Shown in pieces: positions 14,617 through 29,500 of a DNA stretch of 64,000 nt. This DNA is from Styela clava (lineage: Eukaryota): contig NC_135251.1 in the NCBI RefSeq assembly GCF_964204865.1, forward strand, positions 22,630,001-22,694,000, in the 5' to 3' direction. The notes below the pieces were generated by a model, which worked only from the letters and a program-made list of their open reading frames with translations, was not told the DNA's origin and made no database searches. Both the position numbers and the translations under genes were made by a program. Each line of letters opens with the position of its first letter. The stretch's first letter is position 1.

Positions 14617-16057
14617 TCATGCCTTTAATAAAGCAAATTGACTGGGCCTTCTCTTCTTCTTTCCAAGTGTGCAGCGATGAATCATCATCCTCATATGGTA
14701 AAATGAAAATATGACTGAGTGCAGTACGATTGGTGCCACAAATACATTCGCAAGAAGAACTCCTGCTACAAATCCGGGGGAGTTGACAAAATCGAGAAAT
14801 CCGTATATTTGGGAGTTTATTCCAGCGAAGTGTACGATAACTGCGGTGAATGCATAGAACAAGGCGAACACGCTAGTGTAAACAAACTGTATCCAGCGTG
14901 TCTGAATAGAGACTACAAAATATCTATTAGAAGCATTATTCCTTGCACGCTATGTTTATGTTGGCCGAGAGGTTGTTTCAGTGTTTCCGCAGAAAGCCCG
15001 GGTGCCGTAAGTCCCCAGTATAAAACAGTAACGAAAAGCACAAAATTCATTGCTTGTACATGAAAGAACCAAGTGAGTTTATGAAAAAACTGCAATCCAC
15101 CTGGGAATAAAGAAAATAAACTTTTAAATACGACTACAATAGCTATAGTAATCACAAAATTTTATTTCTATCTATCACTAAAGCACTATATTATATAGAT
15201 ATATATAATGTTTCTAGCAGAAACGAATGAATATTTCAATTTATAGCGTAAAGGCCATGAATGAAAAGAGAAATTAACATGTGCCCTCATTTAATTTTAG
15301 AACGATTCGCCTTCAGTTTTATTTTGAATAAACCCAGAATGAGTTTTTTCTTCCGCGTATTCAATGGGTGCCATAATTAAGTGGGGATTGCAAAGTTCAA
15401 ATATTCAAGCTTGAATATTAAATATATTACTACAAATACCACAAATACTTTTGTATCTTTACCTGGATTCTCTGACTTCCCGTTATTTGATTCTTCGTTG
15501 TTTTCAATTTTACGGTCATTCCGTGCAGTTAGTCCATACAATGCAGTGATAAACGCGCAAAGATAATAAATTCCGGTAAAGAAAAAACTCCAATTACTTG
15601 CAGTGTAAGCAGCATCTTCTTTCGCAAACGCCCAGCTTGCTATTAGCCAGCCCCAGTGATAAAACATGGTGAAAGCACGATATAAAACAAAGTATATTTT
15701 CTTCTTCGACCACTTTAAAATACAAAATAATAGATTCTTGATGTACGCAAGCTTTTTATCTGAGATTGTGAAATGCTATTTTCACATATATATTAAAAGT
15801 GTAGTATATATATCAATGCTAATCATCACATGCATTATATTTTATTTTAAAACGTCACTTCAAGAATGAGAATTATGTGAATGTCACCATTTTGAAGTTA
15901 TAATAATGAAAATAAGCAATGGAGCAATGAATGTCATGACCACTGGGATAAATTTAAAAGTATACTGACTTACTTGGAATTCATAAAAATTGTTTTCGTT
16001 CGCGCTTTCGAGTCGTAGATGCTTTAGTTGAAATTCGTATCCACAGCTTGTTGCCAT
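14617..16057 (-). pseudogene. Protein rolling stone-like multipass membrane protein, copy 1 (1-nt frameshift)
   Basis: Exons 15974-16057 (MATSCGYEFQLKHLRLESANENNFYEFQ), 15463-15712 (WSKKKIYFVLYRAF..SNWSFFFTGIY) and 14617-15100 (KLTWFF..FVTVLYWG..HSVQGIMLLID..IYGFLDF). An A4 run at 14917-14920, versus A5 in copy 2, gives IDIL* instead of IDIFVVSIP. Confidence 0.8.
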
Positions 16058-18373
16058 TTCAAAACGTAAAAAGTTTTTACTTAGGCCTACTTACTGAATA
16101 AATTTCATATGTTGTTTGCTGAATAAGTTTAAAGACTAGAATAAGAAGATGTTTTGATTTCATTTCATGGCTTAAAACACATTTTAGAACTAATTTTTCG
16201 ATAATCAGGTAATAGCAAACCCACAAGAATTTCACAAACCGCGCTTTTGGTCTGTTTTATTCCTTCCACGATGGATTTGAGAAATGTACTTGACGTAATT
16301 CGAATTTTTGAGTTTTCACACCTAAGCATACCAGTTGGCATATATTATATATTTGTGGTATATATATTATATATTTATATATATATTAGCAAAAAATTAA
16401 ATAATACTAAAATAATGATTGATGTTTCTAACCAACTCGAATTGAATTAAAGTTCGGAATTAGTTATTTCCTTGCTACATTTTCCTTCTTATGCTTGAAT
16501 TAAAATATATATTTTTTAACTCGAACTTCGTAGCAAATGTCTCTTTCATATTTGCTACGCATAGCGATATTAGGGCGCGTTATGTAAAGCAGTTTGTAAA
16601 AATATATCGAGTTTTAAACATGCGTGATTATCTCCACCCATCTCTATGACAATATTGAATAACCGCAGCCCTATATTATTGCCAAAGGCGTGTATCGAAT
16701 GTCAGTGTCTAATGAACCCAGATTGCCTTGAGTCTTCAAGAATCCTTTTATCCAAATGTTTTACAAGATACTGCATAGCTTTTGACCCTTAGGCATATAT
16801 TTAGCTTCATTAGACCAATGAAATGCTATATGGCATCATATATATATGTTTACCTCATGTTAGGTGTATCCAGATAAGTGTGTCTTCAAAGTTAAAAACA
16901 GTCTGTTCCAAAATATGGCGATTAAAAAACTGACGAGGAACTGCTTAATTTGGGGTAGAAGGAATAAAAATACATCGCAAACCCAGCGCTCTATTTTTGC
17001 GCCTGTATAAACCCAAATCAAAAAATAGCCTCCATTCAACGTTACTTACAGTTTATTTCGCCACTTCCTTAGTAATGCTATAACAAACATTAAAACTGAG
17101 TAATACATTCCACGATGTCTCATAATGTTATATTCCATACCTTTTCAGTCTGTTCACTTGTAGCACAAAGTCTTAACTCACCAGTGAAACAATACAATTT
17201 TAGTAATAGAACCATAGGGGTTCGGTTTAACAAATAGTGCTTAAAACAACGAAAACGAGTCAAACTCATTCTTCTTCATGCTTGAAAATCTGTCTAAGTG
17301 AAAAGGTGTCTGAACGGCTTGAATTTCAATTGTACGCCATTGTTTATTTTTCACTGATTATGCGTTGCTACGCAGCTGAATACGATTAAATTAGCAACGT
17401 GACATACATACGCAGTCAAAATATACATTCAAAGCCAACTCTCATATATACAGTTAATGTCATATACGCATAAAGCCATTTTAAGTGATGCCACACATAC
17501 AGTGAATCGATTTTAAAGACATATACTCTATGTAGAGCTGTACAATACAGGCTGAGTCTACATGTTGTGTGCATGAAGATACATACAGAATCATTCATTC
17601 ACAGCGATTGAATACACAGAGGAAGTCGCAATTTTTTTGAGTCATAATGCCACTTGAAGTTCAGGGCAAACCATCATTACCCACGTTACATTTTGTTTAA
17701 TTTATAAAGCTTAGTCATATCAATTTTGTATGGCAAAGCGAATCTCGATGACAAAATGGGGTAGTGCTATTTCTTTTAGAGAAACTCTAAAAGGGCTATT
17801 GAACTCTAAAAGGGCTATTGATCGAGAGAGAGCAACGCTCAAATATATGAACATGAAATGCAAAACGATTTTTTTCTAACCAAAATTATCCCAAATATCA
17901 TATCCTGAACAAAGCTAGAACCGTGGAACATGTACGGTAGCTTACAGCAGGGCTATTCAATTGGAAGATCGCAGTCGCAATTGTATTATCGAACATTTTA
18001 CAGTACCAGCACCGTAGACTGCCGTGGAAAAATTTCGACTTTCGCTAACCTGACCTGAGGTCGCGAAACCGCTACAAATAATTTTTAATTTTGTTGACAT
18101 CATACCACGAAACGTCAAATAGACTGACGAATCACACAGAGCCTACACGAAGTTTGAAATTAATGAAAGTAATAGCCTTCTAGCAACAACAAGAATATTG
18201 AGCCATTGAAGATTTCAAAGCAATTGGTCCCGTAGTTTAGGGGTGCACAACACGAGCACGCGTGCAAAATTTAGCACGCCATACGATCGAACGTGACACG
18301 CGAACGATTTTGTAAAAAAAAAATTATCCATGATATACATTAAAATATCACGTTTATATCAAAATCAGAAGAT

Positions 18374-18670
18374 TTCCTTGTTTACTACGTGACATTGGCC
18401 AATAAGCAAGATGCATAAAGTGACGTAACATAGCTTCCGCTCAGACACTTTTTTCGCTCAGACAGATTTTAAGACGTGGCTGTAAAAATTACCTCGTTTT
18501 CGCGTTTTTGAGTTCTATTCGTTAGTTTTCAGTTGTGTTTCGGATATGTAAATATATATCAAATAATTCAATGATCACTTTGTCTTTTAAGGAGTTTCAG
18601 TTTAATTGCCGTAATCAAAAATTAATGTAGATATAGCTGTGATGAACTAGGCTAAAATTCTTTACCGGTA
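18374..18670 (+). repeat. Second full copy of the 12103-12411 dispersed repeat, within hAT-like ends (~17948 and ~18238 left ends, ~19094 right end)
   Basis: Direct sequence similarity to 12103-12411; nearby hAT-like termini CAGGGCTATTCAATTG and CAACTGAACAGCCCTA. Confidence 0.75.
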
Positions 18671-19445
18671 TTTTTAATAAAAACTAAAGTAGTAATCATA
18701 AACAGTAAAACATTAAGTTTCCCAAGAAGCCCGCTGTAAAGTCTCTGATCCTTGTTTTGTCTGTATATTATAAAGTTCTTTTAAAACGATGTAGCCTAAG
18801 ATACAAAACGACAGGAGGAAACGGTAAACAACTTAACTTCAATTTAGATAAAAGCTTGAGGAATCAGGTAGAATCCTGCGTTTGCGTTTGAGATGTATGT
18901 CTTGCCGTAACAAAATGTAGAGTGTCCCCGATTTTTAGAGACTAACTTGGTCAGCGTAGCGACGCGAGACATCGGCCAATCACCGGGCGACACAAGTTAG
19001 GTCTCACTATCAATATATCTAAATTTCCAAGTCGTGCATATTTTTGTTAAAGTATCTAACATAAATGCTTCTCAATTACAACTGAACAGCCCTATAAAGT
19101 CTCCCATTGGCATTAGTACTCAAAATCAATTTCTAATATTCAAAACAATTCGCCAAGGAGGCCAAATGAACGCAAAGTTTCCGCTAAGTAACTAATTAAC
19201 TAAGCTAATAACTTTTAAGTTACGAATTGCTTGTAGCAAACGACGTTTGGTGGCGTTGTGAGCCAAGAAAAAAGATGCAAGCATAAATCTTTAATATGTG
19301 TGTGTGGGCCTAGTAACGAAAGCTACACGTTTTGATTTTGCATTGGGAGCGTGTAAACTTAGTGTCATGTTGGCGTAGTGAAGGAAAATATTGATTAGCA
19401 AAAATTTATATAGCCTATATATGCTGGGAAATACAGTCAAAAGAG

Positions 19446-19678
19446 TACTCCCGTAGTATGTGAACCAAGATGGAGGACGCCTGAACGTAGTATGTGTACC
19501 AGGTTGGGGTTGAGCCATAATTTCAGGTATAAATCCTACGGGAGTCATTTGGCTAGTCCCCGAACTCGTAATAGAACTAAAATAAGAAAAGTTGAAAAAA
19601 AAACTATGATCTATCGCTAACTTGGTACACATACTGAGTTCCGGTGTTTGCAATCTTGGTTCACATAGTACGGGAGTA
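19446..19678. mobile_element. MITE, same family as 7664-7889
   Basis: TACTCCCGTAGTATGTGAACCAAGAT.. / ..ATCTTGGTTCACATAGTACGGGAGTA; shared internal GGCTAGTCCCCGAACTCGTAATAGAA. Confidence 0.85.
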
Positions 19679-22600
19679 CCAAAATACACCGCTGATCGAT
19701 GTCATAGTAATTCCAATAGCTAGCGAAATGGTGTCATGCGCATAAAGTTATAAATCCTGTAATGTTGTAAAGCTCGCATCATTATTTCCAAACTTCTGAG
19801 CACATCAACAATAAATTTTAGTTGTGAGACGTCTGCTTTACATTTTTTAGGATTTGGTATAAGTGTCGCTTACAATCAATCTTCCGAATCGTGAGTGCAT
19901 GTGAATTAAGTCGCGATAATTTGATCGGAGCAAAATCCTGCTCAGTAAAAACGAAATAAGAGAGAGGTAATTTCAAGCGAGTAATACTCAAAAATTGCGG
20001 TCACTTGAAAACAATTCCAAAAAACAATGGTTTATAATTGTATTCGTTCTGTTTAAAACACAACAGGCGCAGCATGAAACTGGTTCGAGGAAATTTTTTG
20101 GGGTATGTTATTAAGTTCACCAATACCAGACGTGGCAATCAACGTGTTGGCCAGCCCTGTTTTAGCTGATTGTGGTTGATGGATAGAAAGATTAAGTTAT
20201 AGTACTGTACATGTGCAAAATACGATATACACATACAGTAATGAAGTCTGGGCTCGTCATTGTCAAGGTCTTAAATGAAAGTGTCAAGATCGTGTGCCTT
20301 TGACTGACAAACGATCCTCCAATAACTTCCGCAGTACGCGAAAGCCCAGCTTATTGGCAGCAGTGCATTTTTTGTATGCGTGTGAGTACTCACTCATCTG
20401 TATACTCATATGTATACGATCAGTCGAGCGCGAGCTATTTTGAAGATTTTAGTCGATCGCGGTCGAAAGCAGGTTGGCCACCCCACCCCTGCTAGAACAT
20501 TAAATCATTTCAGTGTCAGATCTGTCGACGTAAGTCTATTAAAATGTATTTTGTTTATGCATTAATTGCATTGTAGATTTTAATTGTTGGTGATAATAAA
20601 ACATCATAGAAGTATTCATATGGTCTTTACTGTTATATCAAAATAACAGCAATTCCAGTTTGAACACGTAGTCTATATTATTCTTTTATATTATTGGAGT
20701 TCATGTCGGGAATCTATACCGTATTCAGTTAGTTAATAGTAGATATAACACACGTAACAACAGCCGCTAGTCATCCATCATTTTTCGTAATCCAAAATCT
20801 ATCGGTCATAAAAACATGTATAATACGTCCGTTGTTTTTTCAGGCATGGAATCTTAGACAAAGCTAAGTATACATTTCGCATGCAACGTTGGTTTTCTTT
20901 AGCGTAGGACAATATGCGGGGGATCGCATAGATTGAAGTTTATTTCATAAAATATTGGATGGATATGTGGTCCATAGATGTCATTGCAGTGCAGACGTCT
21001 TTTCTATTCAAAACGTGTGTATGTAGTTTTAGAGCAAATAATTCAAATCCGCTGCACTTAACTATTCAGTTAAGTCAGTATACATACATTACAAACAATG
21101 TGATTACTGAAGCAGCGAGCAAAAAGGAATCATTTTTAATCAGTCTAGATTCTAGGAAATGAAATAGGATTTGATCAACTGCTGGGAGTTTAAATAGCAT
21201 AACATTTGGGAGTTTGAATAGCATAACAGACTTGAGGAATATAAATAAGAATATGGAGAAATAGGTTTAGCAATTGCCTTACAAAACATAAAGGAGGCTA
21301 CGATTATTGTCGCCCTTTTATTATCAGCGGGGCTAGTGAATTAAAGCCGCTCCAGAAGTATATGTACCAATATGGAGGTAATTAATTTTGTTCGCCTACT
21401 TTACATCAAGTTGCGTAAATGGACGAAAGCCTATGGGCAGGGGGTATATTCGCTTGGCTAACACAGAAAGTCCCTGTACTAATAATAGAACTAAAATAAG
21501 GAAAATTGGAATAAAATTATTCCTTAACTCGAATCTGGTACACATACTACGGGTGTACCGAATTGAAAAAGATAAAGGAATAATGAGGTCTCAAATTATT
21601 GGTAAATAAATGTAGACATAACACCGAGTTACACTTTATTCAGTATATGATATAATATATGATTTTAATACAGACATGAAATAGGTAATCATGGCCATGG
21701 GCAATTTTATTGTATTAAATAAAAGACAAGAAAATATAATTACAACATAGTTTTGCCATATGAGTGGGCAGTTGTCACATACATTGGATAATTCGGGTGA
21801 ATTCTAAGATATTCAAATTCCATATCTATAAGTATAAATCAAATAGATTTCGTCGCTGGAATTACCGTATACCACCTTTCTTGAGACAGTTTCACGGGAC
21901 GTGCAAGGCGTGACCCGGTTTTCAATTGCCGAAATCTCTTCAAAAATGTCAGACATTCCAATTTGGCGGCATTTCCCATCCTTAGCTCTCAGTTTTCATT
22001 TTCGTATCGAAGTCATCGATGTTACAAAAGACGCTATCCTTACGGCCAATCAGCTTATGACATAAACAAGTCCCGTATGGCACTTGGCAATCCTGTGCCA
22101 AAGTTTTCGTTTGTCGGTATCTTGGGGTGACAAATATGTGATGTGATAAGTTGTCTTGTGTTGAATTTTGTTTCATTTGATGATCAATACCTTATATTAA
22201 TTACCTCGATCGACGAGTTTTTGTTTATCCAGAATATATTCTTTCTACAGAAGTGTGTGAATCGACTGATAGATAAAGATAAATTAAAAATTTGAATTGA
22301 AAGCATATCGACTCAAATGTTCATTCTATGGAAAAAGTGATCATATTTTTAAATAAAGCCAAGCATGACAGACATAAAAATATGACCATTGTTTAAAATA
22401 ACATCAGCCTGGCTGTTTTCAAAGATTCCTTTTAATTTTGCTCGCAATGTTATTTGTGTACACAGTTCAGATGGAATTTAACAGTTCGAAAACACGAAAT
22501 TGCTCTACGAAAATTCAAGGAAGTATGAGAGACAATTGGTCACAACGATGAGAGAGAGACGATGAGCCACAAAAACAAGATAGTTCTTTTTGCGCTGGGT

Positions 22601-23509
22601 GGTCGGCGCGACGTTACCCCCTGTCTGAATGCATCGTTATATTCATCTCATGCTCCAATATTGTGTTAGGACAACGTTATTCCAATTGTTTTGCTGTGTT
22701 TGCTAAATTGATTTCACTTTGATTTTACGACAGTACTATTTTCTGTTTCATTCTCCTAGTCTGCATGGATTTGTGTATGCGTACCAAAAATCCAATATTA
22801 GCAATCCAGTCTAGAATTTATTACTTCATAGCATCAGTTCACCTCACTTCGCGATTTAATTTTGAAAGAATAAATTCTGTCTTCTGATATTTATATCCTC
22901 GTTAAACCTTTGTTAAGTGTGGCACACCAACCATTTGGTTGCTTTGACATATACGAACAGATTTATGACGCTATATCTGGGAAAGATTACATTTTGTTGA
23001 TACTGTTGGCTGACACCTTCTATATACGTGTTTGGAATTTTAGAAAACGATTAACATACGATGGGGGGAAAAGTTACTCGTAAGGTGTATCATTTTATGT
23101 GGTATTATGGTTTATCAAGTCAATAAAGAATATTTAGAACTTGATTAGTCAAGTTGAAATTAGTAAAATATAACGTTTCATGTTTTGAGAAATTTGCTAT
23201 AATCTACTATGTTTCAATAAAGATATCATCACGAGATTAGCAGCAGAATCTTAGTAGAAAGTATGGAATATACAGCTGAGTTCTGATTTGACCGAGCAGG
23301 AGATGTACCAATTTGACAGGAGTTGGAACTCTAGTGTAATAATCATTAACCATTTTCATATTGCAAATTTTGCAGGATTGTTCTCTCTCGGATATGGCTA
23401 CACTAATTTTATTATTGACCGGTTAACTAGCGACTATTCTTTCTTTGACAGAATTCATGAGTAATTAAACGATATAAATTGTGTTAGTTTTGACATAAGA
23501 TCCAGTAAT

Positions 23510-26500
23510 ATGGTCTCCACATTCACCTCCAATAGAAGAGCAATTTTCTTTGTTCTTTTTTTAATGATATCGGTTACAGTATATGTTACAAGATTCTCGG
23601 GATACAGGTGAATGAAAGGAATAAATTTTACTGATTTTACTGTCACTACCAACAACGACGAAATGTATTTTACCACTATAAACTGACTAAATTGCTTGAA
23701 ATTTGATCCACCCATTGTTTTGAAATTTTTAACACACATGTATATTTTCAAAATATAAACAATCTAATTTTGTTGTAGCGTCCACCGCACGAACGAGTGT
23801 AATTCCGTCGGTGCTCCTTCGGTCGTACCAATTGCATTTACGTCTTTAAAACGTACCATATATTCAATATCACTCAAAAACACTAAATGCTGAATATAGC
23901 TTTGGACTCCGTACAGAATTCAAATGAAAAAATGGTAGACAAAGAAAGACTAGTAGCAACTGGGCCAATTGTAGAGGAAGCATTTTATCTCTAAAATTTC
24001 TTCAAAGAGTCTAATTTTATAAGTGTTTGAATTGTCAAAGTTAAAAAAAAAACGTTTAAAAAATTGTTTTGGTTATCAAATTTAGTGTTTATTATTTAAT
24101 ACATTTCAATTTTTCCATTAATAGTTTGAGAATTTAATATTATCAAACCGGTCAATGAATGAAATGATCAGAATGACTAGCTTTATTTGCCACCCTTCGT
24201 TAAAATTTAATATTCAACAAATATATTTTACAAACTAAGAATCAACTTTCAAAATATGGGGAAAGATGCTGTACAAACGATGCAAAAGCATTTTAAAGAT
24301 TACTGGACATCAATTTCTTTTACCACATTAAAAAACGCGACAGAAGAAGGGGGAAAAGATGCATCGATACTTCAGGACGTTTACAAGTAAGATTTCTCAT
24401 CAAACGACATTATTCAAGCCTCGCCGTTAGAATACATAATTTGTTTCAAAATTATTTCATCTTTTTCTATTCTATATTGGAGGCTTATGAAATAATATAC
24501 ACTTGATATGGGAATAGGAAATATGTGTTTTCATAAACAAAAGTGATGTGTGAATGGTTTCAATCTACATTCGGAAGCGAGACCAAGGGGGCTTTGGTCG
24601 ATAGTCTCTTATATTGGGATCTATCACGACGTAAAAAAAAGTCGTGAACAAAATATCTCTACTCTGTTAATTATGTCATTACCGCTGAATTGTCTGAGCT
24701 AATTTTTAGTTAAATAACTAAAGTCGTCACTGCATATACCAGCACGATGACGAATCCAATCAATCAGCGTAATCTTACCAGGTTAAATTAACGATTACAT
24801 CGACAATGATATATTTCTACGCAGTCTAAATAATAGTTTTGTTTATGATACCAAAAATCCTTTTCTCAATTACCAAATAAAATGCAACTGTTGCTTAGAT
24901 TTTTCCTAACATTCATGCCAACACCCTTAATAAACATAAATTTCAGACATCGTAACTTCCGCGATATACACAAGATGTCGAAATCACAAAGATTTATAAA
25001 CTTTGGCAATTAGGTCAACCACATCACATGTAATTAACTGAATTCTAGGCAATTTTTCACTTGTGGCATCGTCAGTATTCTTGCCTTATGCTTATTTTAT
25101 GAGAAAACACACGTCAAGCCGGTCGTAGATTTCATCTTGTACGACCGTAAGTTGTGCACTTAGGGCCTAGAGCAGGGGTCTGCAACCTTTTGTCGCTCGC
25201 GGGCAAAAATTAAGGGCTGCAAGTCATTGGCGGGCCGCACATATTTTTAGAAAGTTGAAAACCGAACGGATGATTGATACTTTTTATAATAAAAATCAAG
25301 CAGTGATACATCTCTCGAATAGAATATAGATTTGTTCCCTCGTGGCAGCTCATAAAAGTCCATTTGAATATTTTCAGCGCCATTGAACCCTTTGCACTTA
25401 CCATCATGTTTCTGCGTTTTGTTGCCATTTGTCTAATCATAATTATTGGACACGTAGTGGACATAACGATCGTTTCAATATTATGTTGTTGTCGTTTTTC
25501 GTCATCATTATCACAAATCGCTTTTCTCTTCGAATACAGGACCAAGTGCATTGAAATTTTCAGTGGTTAAAGATAGGGTTCTCGAGAGGGCTATCACTTT
25601 TATTTTCTTTCAAACTTTCTGTGAATCCCATGAGATTTAATATTTCATCAAATATTTCGCTGTGTTACTTTTTAATCACGGGAACACGATATTTAATCCG
25701 CCAAGCGTGACGGCCAATTCTGGAAAGTCTTTCTCAAAAACTCGGAAGATTTATGAGCTTACCGGTACGCGTAATGTTGTGAACTATTGCTCTGCTTGCT
25801 GTCCATATATTTTCAGACTGCGGTATCTACTGTTATGATACCGTAGTAACTCGAATCAGTTAGTATTTCAACTCAAGTTGAAACGGAATCGTTACAGAAC
25901 CTGGAAAGTCCGTGTACCTGAAAGTCTTCATATTTAAGAGGGTCCCGCAACCTGCAAGATGTTTGATTCGTCTATTGTTTTCAAATTTCTAAAGATGTAA
26001 ATAGCTCTGAAATATGAAACCTTTAATTTTAAGCGTCAACTACACGGCCAAGCTGCAGGACGTGAAATTTCCAACGCTGACGAATGAGAAGTCAAATAAC
26101 GAAAGGTACGTTTTCCAGGTATACTAGTTCTGTATGACCTCATTTTCACCATGTTCATCACATCACATTAAGCTGGAGTTTTGAAATAAAATACCATCAT
26201 TAATAATAATAATGCTCAAGATGTATCATGTATAATTGTTTTCACTTTTTTGTCTCCGAAACTTACAATAAAATGAACGGATTGGCACTGTAAAACGCTA
26301 TATATTGGATACGGCAATTGTAAGGAATATAAGGATGGTTGGTAAGGTTTGGTGAAAGTACGGTCAATTGTAGTCGACCCATTTTTATCTGTAAAAATTT
26401 CATACAGATGTGTTCGAACTGGCTTAATGTTCGCACATATTTTTGGATAAAAAAAACTTTTAAGTTTAGAAATGCTGTTTATTGTTTAATAATATTATAT

Positions 26501-29500
26501 TTTTAATTTTAATAGTTTGATAAATGCGTTATTTTTCAAGGCGATGCTCAGAATGACTGGTTTCATTTTGTCGCGTTTCATGTTTAGACAATTCATCAAT
26601 TTTTTACACCTAAAAATATTAATTAAGAATCAAAATTCGAAATTTGAAAAAGAATGCTGTACGAAACATGCGAAAACAATTCAAAGAGTACTGGAAATCA
26701 ATTTCTTCTATCATATTAAAAAACCCGACGGAAGAAGGGAAAAAAGATGCATTGGCACTTCAGGATGGTTTCAAGTAAGATTTCCAATCAAACAACATTA
26801 ATCGTCTTTAAATATATAGGGTATATTATTACGATAATACAATCAACCACATTGATTTAGTTTGAATGCATTCGAACACTTGCTAAACAAAGTTATAAAA
26901 ACACTTAAAATCAAAGTTGTTTATTCGGGTAAATGATTCTCGCGTGTTTTTACTTATACTTTACACGTTAATTCCACACATTCACACATCATATGTACGC
27001 AATAATTGTATATTTGTTTGAAATTATCCCAGCTCGACTTATCGGTAGGCTCACGTCACTAAGTTTATGCTAGTCAAGAATTTTGCTATAATACGAAATA
27101 CTCATGAAAAACGCAATTTTAACTAAAAAATAAACTTCAAATTTATTTGATTTCAATAATCTACATTGTTAACAGAGTTTTGGACATTCGATATGAAGAA
27201 ATAGGAAACTTTTTTGACGATAAAATTGAAGTAAATAACGACTACTTTAACGGAACTGTGAGTCTGATGATTTTACTTAAATATTCAGTAGACTACTATA
27301 TTTGTGTATTGAGCAAAAATTTTTTTAATTCGTTTTATAAATAGTTAGACTGGGTTGTTGATCCTAATCAAATATTGTTTTTTTTATATCGATTTTGTGT
27401 TGGATTACTGAAACCTAATCGCCAAGCAACTCTCAAAAATGGAACGTTTGCTAATATGGTAAAAAAGTCGCGCGGCCAAAGTATTGCGCCTAAATAGCAA
27501 TATAAAAAACGGTACAAAATTATCAATGCAACTACACACACACAATTATAAACATGCTAATTACTTATTGCAATTCTGTTCTAGCACTACTATTATTTAT
27601 TTGCTATTTTACACGCAATCTCTTGGACGCCTTATGCAAACAGTATAATTTCGCGCTTCAATGTATTCGGCTGAGTCATAAATATTAGAAAGAATTCTAA
27701 TGTAATTGAATATGATAGATGGCAACTCAATTGACAGTTTTTAGGGAAATATTCTTCAAATTAAGCCTTAACCATTCGACCACATTCGCGATCAAAATAA
27801 CAGTCAGCGAGCTAGCTTAACTGAAAACAGTAGAATGAGTAATAGACAGGGAAATCCATTGGCGTCACAATATGCTGTATACATGACTATGCGCATGAAT
27901 GTCTACCAATGCACAGTTGGGAAGGAAGAATAAAATTCAAAATGGGCTAAGGGAGGAATTAATCGGAAAAGTTTGAAAACCACTGTACTAGTTCAACAGT
28001 ATTTGAGTATACCTTATATTATATTTCCCATAATTTGAAACCTGGATACTGAATTGGCTACCAAATATCACTAATTTCAGTATAAATTATCTGAAACCAG
28101 CTTACTAAAAATACAAATGGTTTGATATAAATTTCAACTTCGATTACAGCTTCCGAGCCTGGGTTAAATAACAATTCGACACCGACTCAGAATCGGGAAG
28201 AACAGAACAGACACAATTGCAAATTCTTTGCAGTTTTTACTCCCTATTTCACGGTTTGAGAACTCTGAGGTTCTAATTTAAATACATAGGATTTTAAATA
28301 CGCATCCGGTTCCGAAGTAAACGAAAATGGAGACTCTGTCTACGAACAGAATATCCAGTAACCAATTTCTTGTGATTTATTTATGATTCAATCAGCGACG
28401 TTCCCTGTCTCGTACCCAGCCTTCCTTCTTGTGAATCGGAGAACATCGTTTCGCTGAACTCAATAAATCCTTATTTTATTTCCAGTCAACCGAATTCTAC
28501 ATGCTCTCAAATCTCCTTACTGATCTGAAATACTACTGGTTGCATATATCATCGGTAATTAAAAGATTAGGTCTTTCAAGCAACATGCAAGAATTTGTGA
28601 ACAATGGATACATGTGAGTTTACAATATTTTGTACTTTGCACAGGTCTTACCACCTGAATGGGATTCAAAAAGTGAATAAAATCTCATTTTAATATTTAA
28701 CATGAGACAAAAAGAATTTTTTTCGCTATTCCCGGTTTAGATTGAGTAATTTGTATTAATTTTCTGCTTGCTATGCAGATATCGAATGTATAGGTTATAA
28801 ATGGAATTACATTCAGTGAATTGGTCTAGTATTTTCGAGTATTTTGATGTAGATTGAAATGAATACCAGTCAAATGATTTTTTTTAAATAATATTTTATC
28901 TAGAAAATCGAAGAAAGAACTTAAAAACCTGATTGAAGAATCTGAAACGATCGCCCGTAAAAATATGGATGACTTGCAGATGTACGTTCAAAAAAGAATA
29001 AACGAGCTGCAGGTAATTGAATAACTAATAATAATAAATCATTTTCGTAATAATTGGGTTTTTGTTAATAACTGGACCAATTTCTTTGAAATTTCCAGTG
29101 ATTAAAGATTATATTTTTCGCTAGAAGGTGCGCGTTCGCGATTCGGTGGCCAGGCGAAGTCGTGAACACTATAAATAATTATGGTACAGGTAGACTACTG
29201 TTACAGATTGTTTTTCGTATCCAAATATTCGAGCATCGCATCGCTGTCTTTGTCGAATGTTAGTTCATTAACTTTGGGTACAAATTAGCCCAATAGTCTC
29301 CATAATAAAGAAATATTTGGAAAAACAATCTTTGGAAACAAGAATTCAACAAAACGATACATATTTTCAGTTCGTGTTCAAAAATCGTGATGTTGTTTCA
29401 CCATTGTCTGCTTCTCACAGTTTAATATCTCTGAAGCAAGATCTTATTCTGGCAAGATTTTATCTATCAGAGGTCAAATAACGATCATTGCGAAGCACTA

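Noticed and set aside
21860-22250. Somewhat GC-richer, exon-like stretch on the minus strand (also 31640-31900 and 29840-30030)
   Set aside because: Stops interrupt the frames examined and no recognisable motif was found; cannot be assigned without a search.
26517-26801. 94-aa track ORF (..KECCTKHAK..) as the coding frame
   Set aside because: This frame is stopped in the duplicate at 24.3 kb and splices out of frame with the next exon; the FKEYWKS frame is the consistent one.
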